Notes under the pieces: generated by a model | Seen by the model: the letters and a program-made list of their open reading frames with translations, nothing else | Told to the model about the DNA's origin: nothing | Database searches by the model: none | Assembly (NCBI GenBank): GCA_951406725.2 | Contig: OX597824.1 | Coordinates: 13,454,001-13,518,000 of the forward strand | Length of the DNA: 64,000 nt | Origin: Octopus vulgaris | Lineage: Eukaryota | Direction of reading: 5' to 3' | Shown: piece after piece, positions 38,742-54,068 of the stretch | How positions within the stretch are numbered: the stretch's first letter is position 1 | How the letters are laid out: the number at the start of each line of letters is the position of its first letter | Translations under genes and position numbers: made by a program

Positions 38742-39142
38742 ACTCGTTTACTCTCGTTTACTGTTTACTTGCTTCAGTCATTTGACAGTGGCCATGCTGG
38801 AGCACCGCCTTTAGTCAAGCAAATCGACCCCAGGACTTATTCTTTGTAAGCCTAATACTTATTCTATCAGTCTCTTTTGACGAACTGCTAGTTACGGGGA
38901 GGTAAACACACCAGCATCAGTTGTCAAGCGATGTTGGGGGACAAACACAAACACACATTCACATATATATGCATATATACGACAGGCTTCTCTCGGTTTC
39001 CGTCTACCAAATCCACTCACAAGGCTTTGGTTGGCCCGAGACTATAGTAGAAGACACTTGCCCAAGGTCCTACGCTGTGGGACTAAACCCGGAACCATGT
39101 TGTTCGTAAGCAAGTTACTTACCATACAGCTACTCCTACGCC
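38742..39142 (-). mobile_element. SINE family A, full-length
   Basis: Reverse complement of the consensus. Confidence 0.9.
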
Positions 39143-39613
39143 TATATAAATATATACATATATATAGAAATGATAGATGTCTGCTTGTGACCGAGGAAGA
39201 CCATCACTGATCATTAAGAACATTGCGCACTCACACAAATTTACGCTGTAAACTTCTGACTATAAAGCCCAACCTTGATAAAAATACACGTCCTCAGAGA
39301 TTACAGACCAGACTCCTACATACACGGACACACATACGCGTATATAAATACATACAAACTTATATTTGTAACTGCATCGGGGTCAATGGTCTGAAATTGC
39401 CTTTTTAAACGAACTCGTCCTTGATGACCTTAAAAAACCATCGAGCTGGAGGACATTTCCAATTCATGTATATTTCTTTACAAATGTGACATGGACGGAC
39501 ACGCGCGCGCGAGCACACACACACACACGCATACATAAATATGTAGGTAGACAGGTAGACAGGTAGGTAGGTAGATAGATAAATAGATAGATAGATATAT
39601 AGATATATATATA

Positions 39614-39644
<31 letters not shown>

Positions 39645-39871
39645 TATCGAAGCGGATAACAAGTTCAGTGAAGCTATGTCCAGTCACTTAAAGTAAAGAA
39701 TTTACAGCAAACACTAAGGACGAAAAAGCATTTAATCCATGTGTCCGACAAAATATAATTTGTTTCGCCTATAGTTCTCCAGAATCAAGGAACAATATTT
39801 AGAGAAAATCCAAATACACAGACACATATACACACGCGCACACACACACACTCACACACTCGCTCACACAC

Positions 39872-39918
<47 letters not shown>

Positions 39919-40780
39919 TGTGTGTGTGTATAACGTTTCTTTGGAGTCTTGGATCACGAAGCATATAAGCCAGATATAATAATAGAGTGTAATAATTTGG
40001 TTACAAAAACTCCTTGGATAGAAAACGTAGAAGGTTACCCATGGGTCTGGAATCCACATTTCCTTCCAGAGAGATTTATATGTACACACATACACACACA
40101 CAAACACACACCTCCTATCACACACACACTCTGACATACACATACATACATTCGAACATGATTAGGAACTGTACAATATGCTCTTCTTAAATACCACTCA
40201 ACGCATTCGTCAACCCGCTGTTACATTTCTTCCGTAACCTTCTAGGTTACTGTGATTGTCTTAAATTCAGTGTATCATAGGTGACGCTTCGGCAAAACTG
40301 TCATAGTTATGATTTCTACGATGCTTATTACATCGACGTAAATTTGAGAAACGGCCAATTCTAACCACTTAATTGTTCCATACGTCAATTATTTATTAAT
40401 GAAGCCATTATTAATACAAATTCATGGAAAATTGTCATCGTATAGAATAGAATACACAAATGAAAAATAAGCTAGACGCTGTACACACACATAGACACGC
40501 TCATACATTTATATACATGTATGTACATATTCTTTTACTTGTTCAAATCATTGAACTGCGTTCATACTGGAGCAGCACCTTAAAGAGATTCGTCGAACAA
40601 AGCGATCCTTGCAGTAATTTTTGTTACTCATTATATTGACTCTATTTCCAAACCAAAGGGTGACAACACACAAACACCGGTTGCCAAGCATTGTAGGAGC
40701 ACAACCACAAACAAACAAGTTTACATATATATATATATATACCGTTGGCGATTTTTTTCCTCTGTCTTCCCTTCTCCTAT

Positions 40781-40815
40781 GTTTCCGACGAAGAGCTCCG
40801 CTCGAAACGTTGAAC
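40781..40815 (+). ncRNA. Minimal hammerhead-like motif (U4C variant)
   Basis: GTTT-CCGACGA-A-GAGC(tcc)GCTC-GAAA-CG-TT-GAAC. Confidence 0.5.
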
Positions 40816-40864
40816 CCTCCTTCTTCCCTTCTTTCCTGAGCGTCCAATAATACTATATATTAAC

Positions 40865-40963
<99 letters not shown>

Positions 40964-41053
40964 GGAGAGTTCACGAAAAAAAACAAAAGACGAAGACAGG
41001 TGGTGTACAGAACAAACAGATGTATTAGTATAACGCTCAGGAATAGAAAAAGT

Positions 41054-41090
41054 CTTTTACGTTTCGAGTCTAAGCTCTTCTACAGAAAGG
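41054..41090 (-). ncRNA. Minimal hammerhead-like motif (A6U variant) inside repeat 40962-41142
   Basis: Reverse complement CCTTT-CTGTAGA-A-GAG(cttaga)CTC-GAAA-CG-TA-AAAG. Confidence 0.45.
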
Positions 41091-42708
41091 GACACAGAAA
41101 AAACAAGGAGAGAAAAAATGTGTAGTGGCTAACGATCTATCATATATATATATATATATAAATTTATAAATAAGGATAATATCGATATTTAAATATCGAT
41201 CTTATCAAGTTGCCAACATGGGAATAAATACCATACAAAGGTAATAATTATTTAAAACTATAAAATAGGGTATCTGAAAGATATATATATATATATATAT
41301 ATAACTATTCGATGCGATTTGGCACAGTTTACGTCTGCTAAATTCACTCCTAAAACATTAGCCAGCCCGGGGTTATAATAGAAGACATTTGCCCGATGTG
41401 CCACATAGTGGGGTCAAACCCGAAACATGAAGCTGGGAAGCAAATATGTATGCACGTCTATATGTGTATATATAGATCGGGAATCGTATCTAGAATCTTT
41501 CAAACTCCTACTGCGGTTTCTGTTTCAGTTTTTGTACTATCGACATCCACCTCACCATGTCAGCTAATATCTGTATATCAGTCCGCTTCTCTTTTGATTG
41601 TTCGTACCACTAAACAAATACAGAGCGGACATTTCTCTTGTCTAACGGGTTTCCTTCATTCCTCAATATCTTTTCCCTGTTAGAGAGCGAGTCTTCCACA
41701 AGCATGACTCAGTTTTTCCAAAAGATGTTCGCGGTCTATCTCATGTACTACGTCATAAATACACGCAACTGTTATTTTTACTTCCCCATGCTTTATTAGT
41801 TATTTTTACTTCCCCATGGTTTATTAGTTAAGCTTCTAATCTGTACGACAGATTATGGACAATATTATTACTTGGCATACATTGTACTTCATTTGAAGTG
41901 ACATGCAATGGCTGCTTCGCAATCGCTGTCTCAAACTTCCGCTTATCAATCTAGCCTTTCTCACACTAAGATTTAGTTTGTCATTTCCTTATAGCTATTA
42001 TCATTACTGATTACACGGCTTAGATGAGTCAAGTGACTGATTTGCCTGGCCTCAGACCTTTGATAACGATAGCGTCCGACAGTATAATTGGTTCGAATCA
42101 AGACTTGACTGATAAAGAAGTGTTTAAAGAGCTGGATGAAATGTCATTGATTTTTAACCCGAACATAACAGGTACACCTTGAAGGACATTTACCAAGAAG
42201 TACATACCTGTAGCATAGGAGACAAGCATACAAATATGAACAATCAAAAGTGATTGACTTAACATGTGGATATTTTGGGGTGAAGCCTTGCGGTGCAGAA
42301 CTTGGACTGGTTTATACACACACGCACACATACACACATGTGTTGTGTATATGTGTGTATGCATATAAGTATGTATGCATAGGTTTATGTATAGCGTGTA
42401 GGCGTATGAATGTGCATACAGAGAAAGACAGAGAAAGTGGTGGGGGGAAAATGAATTAATTTGCTCCATATTCTAAAGACTATTTATTAATTAGGTTGCC
42501 TCTCTTAATTAAAAACTTGAAATGGAGTAATAAATCGAGAAGTACATGTTATGGATTACATTAAATGATTCAACATTTCAATATAGATGGCAAAATGCTT
42601 TATTCGGCATGAGGTTTTCATGTGAATTCATTTGAAAAGTTCGCACAGAGCGAAACATATGACGATCTGTAATAAAAGATTTTAATTCATTATTTTATAT
42701 ATATATAT

Positions 42709-42762
<54 letters not shown>

Positions 42763-43443
42763 TTTTAGTTGCGCTGCTAAGTTAGTGAGAGGTAAACAAA
42801 CCAATACCAATTGTCATGTGATGGTGGGAGACAGTCACACACACGCACATTCACACACACATACACACACACATACAAAAGCATATATAAATTCCCGCCG
42901 ACTACCAATTTCATTCATAAGGCATTGGTTGTCCCGTGACTATAGAAGGAGCCACTAGCACATGGTTGCGAAGCGAGTTTCTTAACCATAGAGCTATCCC
43001 TACACCTCTCTCCCCCTCACACTCACCATATCTTTCTTTCTCTTTCTCTCTCTCTCTCTTCGTATACACACACGCACACACACACACACACATATATATG
43101 AAAAGGTCCTGGAAGTTTAGAAATATGGGTTATCGCCAATGAAGCACTTTCTTTGGGTGTTGAAAATCTAGGTGCCGGATCGGTAAAAACAATGTTTGGA
43201 TTTAATAAAGAATAAAATATAATCAAAATGAAATAACAATGTTCCATGTTAAGTTACGTAATATTTACGGTTTTAAACACTAGAATGCCAATTCGTCAGA
43301 CTCATATGAAAAGCTGCGCTCTGACATTTGCTGAAATCCCATATTCACATGGAACTCTTGCGTGCAATGGGTTTAAAAACAGAATGAGAGAGAAACTACT
43401 GTAACTGGTCATTAAAGATGTCCTAAACTCTTTCTTTGTCTTC

Positions 43444-43476
<33 letters not shown>

Positions 43477-43619
43477 TATACAGACACCTGTTGTGTGGGG
43501 GAATCCGTTTGAGAGCGCGTGCGGTTAAGTAGGCAGAATAAGTAGTACATGCAATATACTTGACTGTTTCCTGAATAAGAGATAACAGATACAAAAAAGC
43601 TGTTTGAAACTCGATCTCT

Positions 43620-43870
43620 TCTGTGTGTGTGTGTATGTGTGTTTGTGCGTATGTATATATATATATGCATATATATATATGCATATATATATATGTATAT
43701 ATGTATATATATAATATATACGTATATGTATATATGTATATATATACGTATATATATATATGTATATATATATGTATATATATATACCTATATATATATG
43801 TGTGTGTGTGTGTGTACCTATATATATGGATGTATATGTATCTAAATATATATATGTATATATGTGTGTA

Positions 43871-43901
<31 letters not shown>

Positions 43902-43927
43902 GTGTATATATATATATTATATATATA

Positions 43928-43975
<48 letters not shown>

Positions 43976-43988
43976 TATATATATATAT
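43620..43988. repeat. (TA)n/(TG)n compound microsatellite
   Basis: Directly visible; adjoins a SINE A head (-) at ~43990-44125. Confidence 0.9.
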
Positions 43989-45109
43989 GATAAGTATCTT
44001 TCAGTTTCCGTTTACGAAATCCACTTACAAGTCTCTGGTTGGCCTGAGGCTATAAGAGAAGACGCTTACCTAATTTGCCACGCAGTGGGACTGAACCCGG
44101 AACCATGTTGTTAGGAATCAAGCTTAAGAGTACCCGTAGATTTAGTACCTATTCAGTTTTCATTGCATCCATTCAAACTGCGAGTGCTTTCGATATTCTT
44201 TTTTGCTTTTGTTTTTGTCTCTGAAATACGTAACTATATGAAACATGGGTCTGGCACCATTGTCCGTGTAAATCACAAGAGATTATGAGACTAGACATAA
44301 ATAATAAATAGACATAAAAAATGGAAATAATACAACTTTAAAAAATATGTTTCTGTAATCAATTATTATTTTGATGAACAGTCAGTTGATTGATTTTTAC
44401 ATTGAATGTCCATTATTGAAAAAATACATAATCTGTACACCAATTGACGAGATGCCAATGAGCAACGAATGGAATTGAAAGCTGATTCATAAATGTTTGT
44501 CGGACCTGTTACGTTCGATAGTAGCTCCACTTCTAAACAATGAAAATCAATTGCAATACAATAACTTAAGCATGTTTTCTGTAATATAGATTGTGTTCGT
44601 ATCCGTATCATACCATACAGATCCATATCTGAAGAACCTGAGATCAATAGAACTAAATCATCTGTTAGTGAATACACTTCGTATTTAGTTTCCTATCAAT
44701 CATGCGTTTCGTAACGTGATTGGTTTTGTAAAGCAGTGACACAAATATGTAAATACGAATGGCTTGCAGAGCTTCAGTGGTACTGATGGGGGTATTTAGG
44801 GAAATTATATTTAATTCTCGACGCAAAATGTCCAAACTCTTATAAGGTTTTCGAAGACTTGGTGGGTTGGGGCAACTAGAATAAATTGCCCTATTGAAAT
44901 CCCCGAATAAAGGCCCTATAAAGAAAGAGCATACAAATGAAGGAGTTTGTATGCAATTACTCAAGCTGTAAAAATAGTAGTCAAATGGTAAAATATGTTA
45001 CTTTGGATATTACAGTCTGTGTTATGTAATCACAAATAACGAAACGAAATGGTCACAAGCGAAACACTTTTGTGACAGCCATTATGAAGGATAAGTATTT
45101 CGTTTGCCG

Positions 45110-45765
45110 CCACGTTCTGAGTTCGAATTCCGCCGAGGTTGACTTTGCCTTTCATCCTTTCGGGGTCGATTAAATAAATACCAGTTGCGACTTGCCCTTC
45201 CTCGCAAATTTCGGGTCTTGTGCCTATAATACAAAGGATTATGATGTATGAGTAAAAAGACTGATATCAACAGCAGTAATAAAGTTGTGGATATATTTTT
45301 AGGCTGACTAGCTATTAGACCCTTAGTCATTTCCAACTAATCTTTTATGAAATCTGATACGACTGTAATAAACTCATTTCAATATAATTCTGTTAAATGC
45401 TTAACGGTATTTCGTCAGTCTTTACGTTCTGATTTCAAATCCACCAAGGTCGACTTTGCCTTTCATCCTTTCGGGGTTGAAAATATAAGTACAAGTTGAG
45501 AATCGATGTAATCGATTTGCCCCTTACACCGAAAGTACTGGCCTTATGCCAAAATTTGAAACCAATATTAATTTGGTAAATCATTAGCACGCTGGATAAA
45601 ATGATTAGCTGCATTTCATCCGGCTTTACGTTCTGAGTTCAAATTCCGCCGAAGTCGACTTTGCCTTTCATCATTTCGAGGTCGATAGATTATGTACCAG
45701 TACCAGTAGAAAACTGGGGTCGATGTAATCGACTTATCCTCTCCCACAAAATGTGAAACAAATAT
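45110..45765 (+). mobile_element. Three diverged SINE B (B2-type) copies
   Basis: TTCAAAT/TTCGAAT..GACTTTGCCTTTCATC motif at ~45120, ~45430 and ~45635. Confidence 0.75.
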
Positions 45766-46611
45766 AAGCTATACTCATTTCTCTTTTACTTGTTTCAGTC
45801 ATTTGACTGCGGCCATGCTAGAGCACCGCCTTTTATATTGTTACTGACTTTTTTCTAAGTTCAGACGTGTCACACTAACTTTTCACATTTTAGTAATACA
45901 TAATAACTTATGCTAAGAACTCGTTTAAGTGCACGCAGGCAATTTTTATGTTAAAAACAGAATTTATTTCCCTGATATATGTTTTGTAAACCATCTGCAT
46001 GGGAAAGAGGTTGCAGCGGACATAATAAATATATGATTAAGAAAGCTACTGAGATTTTGATTTCTAATCTAACTCATACATATTCCAATCGAACTTGCCA
46101 ACCTGGTTACAGTTTTCATGTAGAGAAGATTAGTAATTGCTCATCCATGCAAGTGTCTCCTTTCCAAACTAAGTGATGATGATCAAAAGAAAGACAAGAC
46201 CGATCAACTTCGCGCTGCCAACTATCGACTAATTGGCCATTCTTTCATGAATTTAATGCATTACCATTTCGTACCAATAGCTCTCTTGTATACCACGTAC
46301 AAAGGAAGCAACGAAATGTCCAGCCAATTTAGTCTATGCTTAAAATTGAAAATAAAATAAAAAGTAATATCGACGCGTAATCAATTCGATGCTGTTCCAC
46401 ACACAAATGCTAAACAATGCCAAAAACAGAGCATTATTAATCCAAGGGTAACGTAGAAAAGTGTACCCTGAACTTAATGCATAAAAATGTAGACTATACA
46501 AAACTGGATGCTACCAGAAACATAGCAACCTGCAACCAGCAAAAATAGTAATAATCGAGATAGAGAGAGGGATGATGTTTCTTCATTATACGTAATTGAC
46601 AACTATATACT

Positions 46612-46997
46612 TTTGGAAGCACTCCGTCGGTTACGACGATGAGGGTTCCGGTTGATCCGAATCAACGGAACAGCCTGCTCGTGAAATTAACGTGTAAGTG
46701 GATGAGCACTCCACAGACACGTGCACCCTTAACGTAGTTCTCGGGGATATTCAGCGTGGCACAGAGAGTGACAAGGCCGGCCCCTTGAAATACAGGTACA
46801 ACAGAAACAAGAAGTAAGAATGAGAGAAAGTTGTGGTCAAAGAGTACAGCAGGGATCACCACCACCCCCTGCCGGAGCCTCGTGGAGCTTTTAGGTGTTT
46901 TCACTCAATAAACACTCACAACGCCCGGTCTGGGAATCGAAACCGCGATCCTATGACCGCGAGTCCGCTGCCCTAACCACTGGGCCATTGCGCCTCC
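46612..46997 (-). mobile_element. SINE family C, full-length
   Basis: 13-bp TSD ACAACTATATACT at 46599-46611 and 46998-47010. Confidence 0.92.
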
Positions 46998-47689
46998 ACA
47001 ACTATATACTAAAAACCTTGCGAATCTACGACGACATTTTGAGAGAAAAGGAATTGTTGACATCAAAGGTACCAGAAATAGAAGTAAATATCCTTAGTAC
47101 AATTAAAGAATATGTAACGAAAATACAGATATAGAACAATATATTCAAATCTAAAACCATACAATGAAAATACAAAGGACGAAGACAGACGTACATGTGT
47201 ATAAAAAAAAAATGGGGAAAATATTTCAAGACCTACAGACTACAAACCAACAAAACCTGAACTAGAAAAACACTTAGAAATTTTTTATAAATGGAAGTTC
47301 TAATGATGGAAATCTTGAAAATGACAATAATCGAAATGTGAAAATATTTAAGTAATTAATTTTAATAGATCTATTATTGCTGTAGTACAAGTACCACTCG
47401 AAGAAAAACTCAAATATGAAAAAGTGAAGAAATAAACCGAAAAAAAAAAAGCAGCGCAAATCTGTCCATCGTAATTTTAATTAAAGCAGGTACGAACGTC
47501 ATTATCAGCTGAAGAAATGAAATACAGCAGTCTGTGTATCAATTGTGATAATGAATAAAGCAATTGAATACTTTTGCAGACTTGGTGTGTTTGACTGTAT
47601 GTAGTTATGCGTACGCGCTCTTATGCGTGCATGTGTTGTATATACATTTCTATACATGTATATGTGCGTGTATATATATAAATATATAA

Positions 47690-48098
<409 letters not shown>

Positions 48099-48294
48099 AC
48101 ACACACATATACTTATGGAAATATGTAATGTGTTCTTGCGTAAACTTGTGAACGAATGCTTTGACACACATACACAAACGCGCGTGTGTTTTTGTATGTC
48201 ACTTAATGTACATAGTATAAATACACTAGGTACTAATATTTTCTTGCTTCGTAGTCGCGGGTACAGGTAGGTTTTCATAATAATAATAATAATA

Positions 48295-48872
48295 ATTTCT
48301 GTTAAAGCACAAGGTTTGACATTTTGGAGCAATGTACAGTCGATTAGATAGATCCCAGTGTTTTAATGGTACTTAATTTAAATACCCCAGAAGGATGAAA
48401 GGCAGAGTTGACCTCGGTGGAATTTGAACTCAGAACGTTCAGACAGGTGAAATACCTATTTCTTTACTACTCACAAGGGGCTAAACAGAGAGAGGAGAAA
48501 CAAGGACAGACAAACGGATTAAGTCGATTATATCGACCCCAGTGCGTAATTCGTACTTATTTAATTGACCCCGAAAGGATGAAAGGCAAAGTCGACCTCG
48601 GCGGAATTTGAACTCAGAACGTAGTGGCAGAAGAAATATCTATTTCTTTATTGCCCACAAGTGGCTAAACATAGAGGGGACAAACAAGGACAAACAAACG
48701 GATTAAGTCGATTACATCGACCCCATTGCGTAAGTGGTACTTAATTTATCGACCCCGAAAGGATGAAAGACAAAGTCGACCTCGGCAGAATTTGAACTCA
48801 GAAGGTAACGGCAAACGAAATACATCTAAGCATTTCGCCCAGCGTGCTAACGATTCTGCCAGCTCGCCGCCT
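48295..48872 (-). mobile_element. SINE B tandem: head-B1-B1-B2
   Basis: Junctions GAAATACCTATTTCTTTA (~48449) and GAAATATCTATTTCTTTA (~48634), followed on + by an (AAT)n tract to ~49022. Confidence 0.88.
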
Positions 48873-48898
48873 TAATAATAATAATACAAATGATGATG

Positions 48899-48950
<52 letters not shown>

Positions 48951-49719
48951 AAATGATAATAATAATAATAATACAAATGATAATAATAATAATAATAATA
49001 ATGATAATAATAATAATAATATTTATATTTATAGCTCCGATAAAAGACTTCATGGACCACAACGACAAACAACATCCATAGCCTCATTAAAATTTTACCG
49101 CTTTAGTTCCTCAGAGATTTTCCTCATCAAAATTGCTTAGATTTCTTAACATACTCCATCATTTGTTGTCTTATCTCATGTGAATTTATTTACAGGAGAT
49201 AAAAAACATGACTTCCTTTAATATCGATTGCTTTGCACGATAGTTCATCCATTCTTTCATAGAAGCCTTACACTAAACTATTTCGATTCTCTTGTCTCAA
49301 CTAAATAATATAATGAGTTCCTCCGTTCTATTTCCATCACAAGTGATGTACGTGTGTATTTATCTATCTATTAGTAAGTTTATGGGTTTTCGTATTTCAG
49401 TGTGTATGTGTACGTGAGCGTGTTTTTGAACTTCTAATTTCTTTCTTTTTTCTTTTTTTTTTTTTTTTGCATTTCCTTATCGTGTTCGTATCATACGTGC
49501 GTTGGAAATATATACACAGCAATTTTTTTTTCATCGGCCAATGTTGTTTCTTCGTTTCAGCAACATTTTCGGCTTGTTTATCATTGAATGTTTTTTTTTC
49601 TTATCAGAATGTTATTTCAATATTTTAATTTCATTTCTACACAAACACAATAAGAAAAATAGCTACAATAATATAACAACAAGAATAGCAGCAGCAGCAA
49701 CAACAACAACAATAGACAT

Positions 49720-50412
49720 GGTTCCAAATTTTGTCACAAGGGCAGCCATTTTGGGCGAGAGGATGAGTCGATTACATCGATCCTAGTCTTCATCTACTAC
49801 TTATTTTATCGACTTCGAAAGGATGGATGGCAAAGTCAACCTCTGCGGAACGTAACGAGGGGCGAAATGACGTTAAGCATTTCGTCCAGCGCGCTAACGA
49901 TTGTGCTACCACGCCACCTTAACAAGAATAATAGTCTTTTGTAATTTTTGCCCCAAGAGCAGCTTGGGGGAAGGGAGATGAGTCGATTACATCGGCCCCA
50001 GTGTTTAACAGGTACTTATTTTATCGACCCCGACGCGATAAAAGGCAAAGTCGACCTCGGCAGAATTTGAACTCAGAACGTAGCGGCAGACGAAATACCT
50101 ATTTCTTTACTACCCACAAGGGGCTAAACAGAGGGGACAAACAAGGACAGACAAATGGATTAAGTCGAAAATATTGACCCCATTGCGTAACTGGTACTTA
50201 TTAAATTGACCCCGAAAGGATGAAAGGTAAAGTCGACCTCTGCGGAATTTGAACTCAGAACGTAGCGGCAGACGAAATATCTACTTCTTTACTACCCGCA
50301 AGGGGCTAAACACAGAGAGGACAAACAAGGACAGTCAAACGAACGTAGAGGCAGACGAAATACCGCTAAGCATTTCGTACAGTATGCTAACCATCCTGCA
50401 GGCTCACCGCCT
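49720..50412 (-). mobile_element. SINE B cluster: a B2 copy plus a head-B1(deleted)-B1-B2 tandem
   Basis: The same junction occurs at ~50093 and ~50274. Confidence 0.82.
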
Positions 50413-50598
50413 TAATAATAATGATAATTCTTTCTATTAAAAATACAAAACCAGCTCGCCGCATTTATCAAGAAAAATAATAATAATAACAAGTGTTATT
50501 ATTATTATAATAATCCTCACTATTATAGGCACATGACTTGAAATTTTGGGGAGTGTTGTAGTCGATTCCATCAACATGACCAGTTCTTCGCAGAATTG

Positions 50599-50645
<47 letters not shown>

Positions 50646-51698
50646 GAAGAAGAAGAATCCTTTCTACTGAAGGCACAAGGCCTGAAATTTGGGGACTAGT
50701 TGATGAGATCGACCTCAGTACGTAACTGGTGCTTAAATGCAAAGTCAGCCTGGGCAGAATTTGAACTCAGAACATAATGTCGGACGAATTGCTGCTAAGC
50801 ATTATTATCGGCGTGCTGACGAGTCTGCCTGCTCACAATATTCACAGTAACAACAAATACTGTAGTATCTATTATTGCCACAAAGGTTCATTCATGCATG
50901 AAAGAGAAAAACATCTTACAAAGCTGTCACAAAACAATTCGAAGAGGGCATTGACATTTTACAATATATTAGGACGAAGTACGTGTTTTTTCTTTGTATT
51001 TTATAGAAAATACATATACATACATATATACATTCATACATATAAACATACATACACGTTCATATACACATTTATGTATCTATGCATGAATGTTTGTATA
51101 TATATCCATATGTGTGTATATGTCAAATAGTTGTTTCAGTCATTTGACTGTGGTCATGCTGGAGCACCGCCTTTAGTCGAGCAAATCGACCCCAGGACTT
51201 ATTCTTTGTAAGCCTAGTACTTATTCTATCGGTGTCTTTTGCCGAACCGCTAAGTTACGAGGACGTAAACACACCAGCATCGGTTGTCGAGCGATGTTGG
51301 TGGGTACAAACACAGACACAAACATATACACATACGTGAAGAGATTATGTACGACTGAAAAACGTTTAGTATATAAGTATATATGGCCATGTTTAGACAA
51401 ACAAATATATGTATGATTATGCATAAAACAAAACGTACAGATGTGCTTAGCCATTGACCCCTAATTATTTCACATATACACACATACACGCACAATTGTC
51501 CCGTTTATATAGTGGAACTTCCAATGAAGAAGCCTTCTATACAGGTTAGAAACCGACTTTTTCTCCATTGGCAAAAATTAAGACATTAAACTAAATATTA
51601 TACTTTAAAACGATGAATACGATGCAAGAAAAGCGTACACGAAACAAATAAGGGTTTTTCACCCGAATGTGAATCAGAATAGCGTACTACGCTGCCAT

Positions 51699-52083
51699 GG
51701 AGGCGCAATGGCCCAGTGGTTAGGGCAGCGGACTCGCGGTCGTAGGATCGCGGTTTCCATTCCCAGACCGGGCGTTGTGAGTGTTTATTGAGCGAAAACA
51801 CCTAAAGCTCTACGAGGCTCCGGCAGGGGGTGGTGGTGATCCCTGCTGTACTCTTTCGCCACAACTTTCTCTCACTCTTTCTTCCTGTTTCTGTTGTAAC
51901 TGTATTTCAAAGGGCCGGCCTTGTCACTCCCTGTGTCACGCTGAATATCCCCGAGAACTACGTTAAAGGTACACGTGACTGTGAAGTGCTCAGCCACTTA
52001 CACGTTAATTTCACGAGCAGGCTGTTCCGTTGGTCGGATCAACCGGAACCCTCATCGTCGTAATCGACGGAGTGCTTCCATCC
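51699..52083 (+). mobile_element. SINE family C, full-length
   Basis: 13-bp TSD ACTACGCTGCCAT at 51686-51698 and 52084-52096. Confidence 0.92.
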
Positions 52084-52417
52084 ACTACGCTGCCATCTCT
52101 CTTTCTCAGAATCTAATGACTGATACTCAAATGTACAAAAAACATTTTCTGCACAGTAGAATTTTCCATTCTCAGATCTGGTGTTTTTCCTATTTTCTTT
52201 TCTTTTTTTCAGGTAATGATATAAAATTCGTCTACTCTAGACTATTATTTGGGTCGCTTTCAATGTTGTTTGGTTGATTTTGTGCCTCACCTTGCAGATT
52301 TAACATATCTTCCATTATCTGTCTAAAGGGAAACCTAGTATTTCGAACGACAATGTGGCTCATGTTTTTCTCGGAAGGACGCTCCTCACACGTTCCCCAT
52401 TCCTTTTCTCTGGTGAT

Positions 52418-53130
<713 letters not shown>

Positions 53131-53896
53131 TTTTACATTCCTTTGTCTTTTACCCTTTACCCTTTCACTCTCCTTGCTACCTTAAACAAAACGAAACACT
53201 AGTTCACCATGGTTCATTTCCTCTTCATCACTGACGAGACAACAGTCTAGTGCTTGTTATTATACAAACCAGAAGATTCCTTGTCGTCTCCTGGGACTCG
53301 GGACGCGGTCATTTCTTCGGATGCTTCGGCACTATCGACCGGTGATATTTTGAGAGCAGTAGTTTTACCAGCCTGCTGTTGTTGTTCTTGTTGTTGTTGT
53401 TGGTGGTGATGGTGGTAGTGGTGCTCCTGATGCTGTTTGTGATGTTCTCTCGTCTCCTCTGCCTTTTTAACTCCTAGACAGAAAACTTTCAACTGTCTCT
53501 TATTTCGACTTGTTGTACCGCCTTTGCTTCTTTTCTGTCACCACTGATATTTATTGGTTTTCTTTTCGCGCCCACCACAAAGCAAAGCCCACAAAAGTCC
53601 TCAAGGGTCATTAGGAATTTCCTTGACTAGTCAGACACCTCGGAACCTAATGTGGTTTCCTAATCATTTGTGCATTGACTAAAAGTCTCTGATGTGATAC
53701 AAAAGCCAACATTCTTACCAATCTCATTCACAGCATTCTTCGTGTACTTCGCCTCTTGTATTGTAGTGTGTATGTGTTTGTGTGTGTGTGTGTGTGTGTG
53801 TTTGACGCACCACTCCGGTTTACCGTTTCACACTATTAAATTTAAGAACCAGGTATATTCTCGCAAGCTTCATTCCGGCCCATGCTTTACATGTTA

Positions 53897-54068
53897 TACC
53901 TATTTCTTTACTACTCACAAGGGGCTAAACACAGAGGAGACAAACAAGGACAGACAGACGGATTAAGTCGATTATATGGACCCCAGTGCGTAACTGGTAC
54001 TTAATTTATCGACCCCGAAAGGATTAAAGGCAAAGTTGATCTCGGCGGAATTTGAACTCAGAACGTAA
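53897..54068 (-). mobile_element. SINE B1, truncated
   Basis: Matches the consensus and carries the tandem-junction sequence TACCTATTTCTTTA. Confidence 0.82.

Noticed and set aside
44366-44964. Two adjacent ~100-aa minus-strand ORFs in non-repetitive sequence
   Set aside because: No recognisable domain, non-ATG starts, and lengths compatible with chance; worth only a routine tBLASTn.
49030-49345. Possible Penelope GIY-YIG remnant on the minus strand
   Set aside because: Only a vague resemblance, with many stops.
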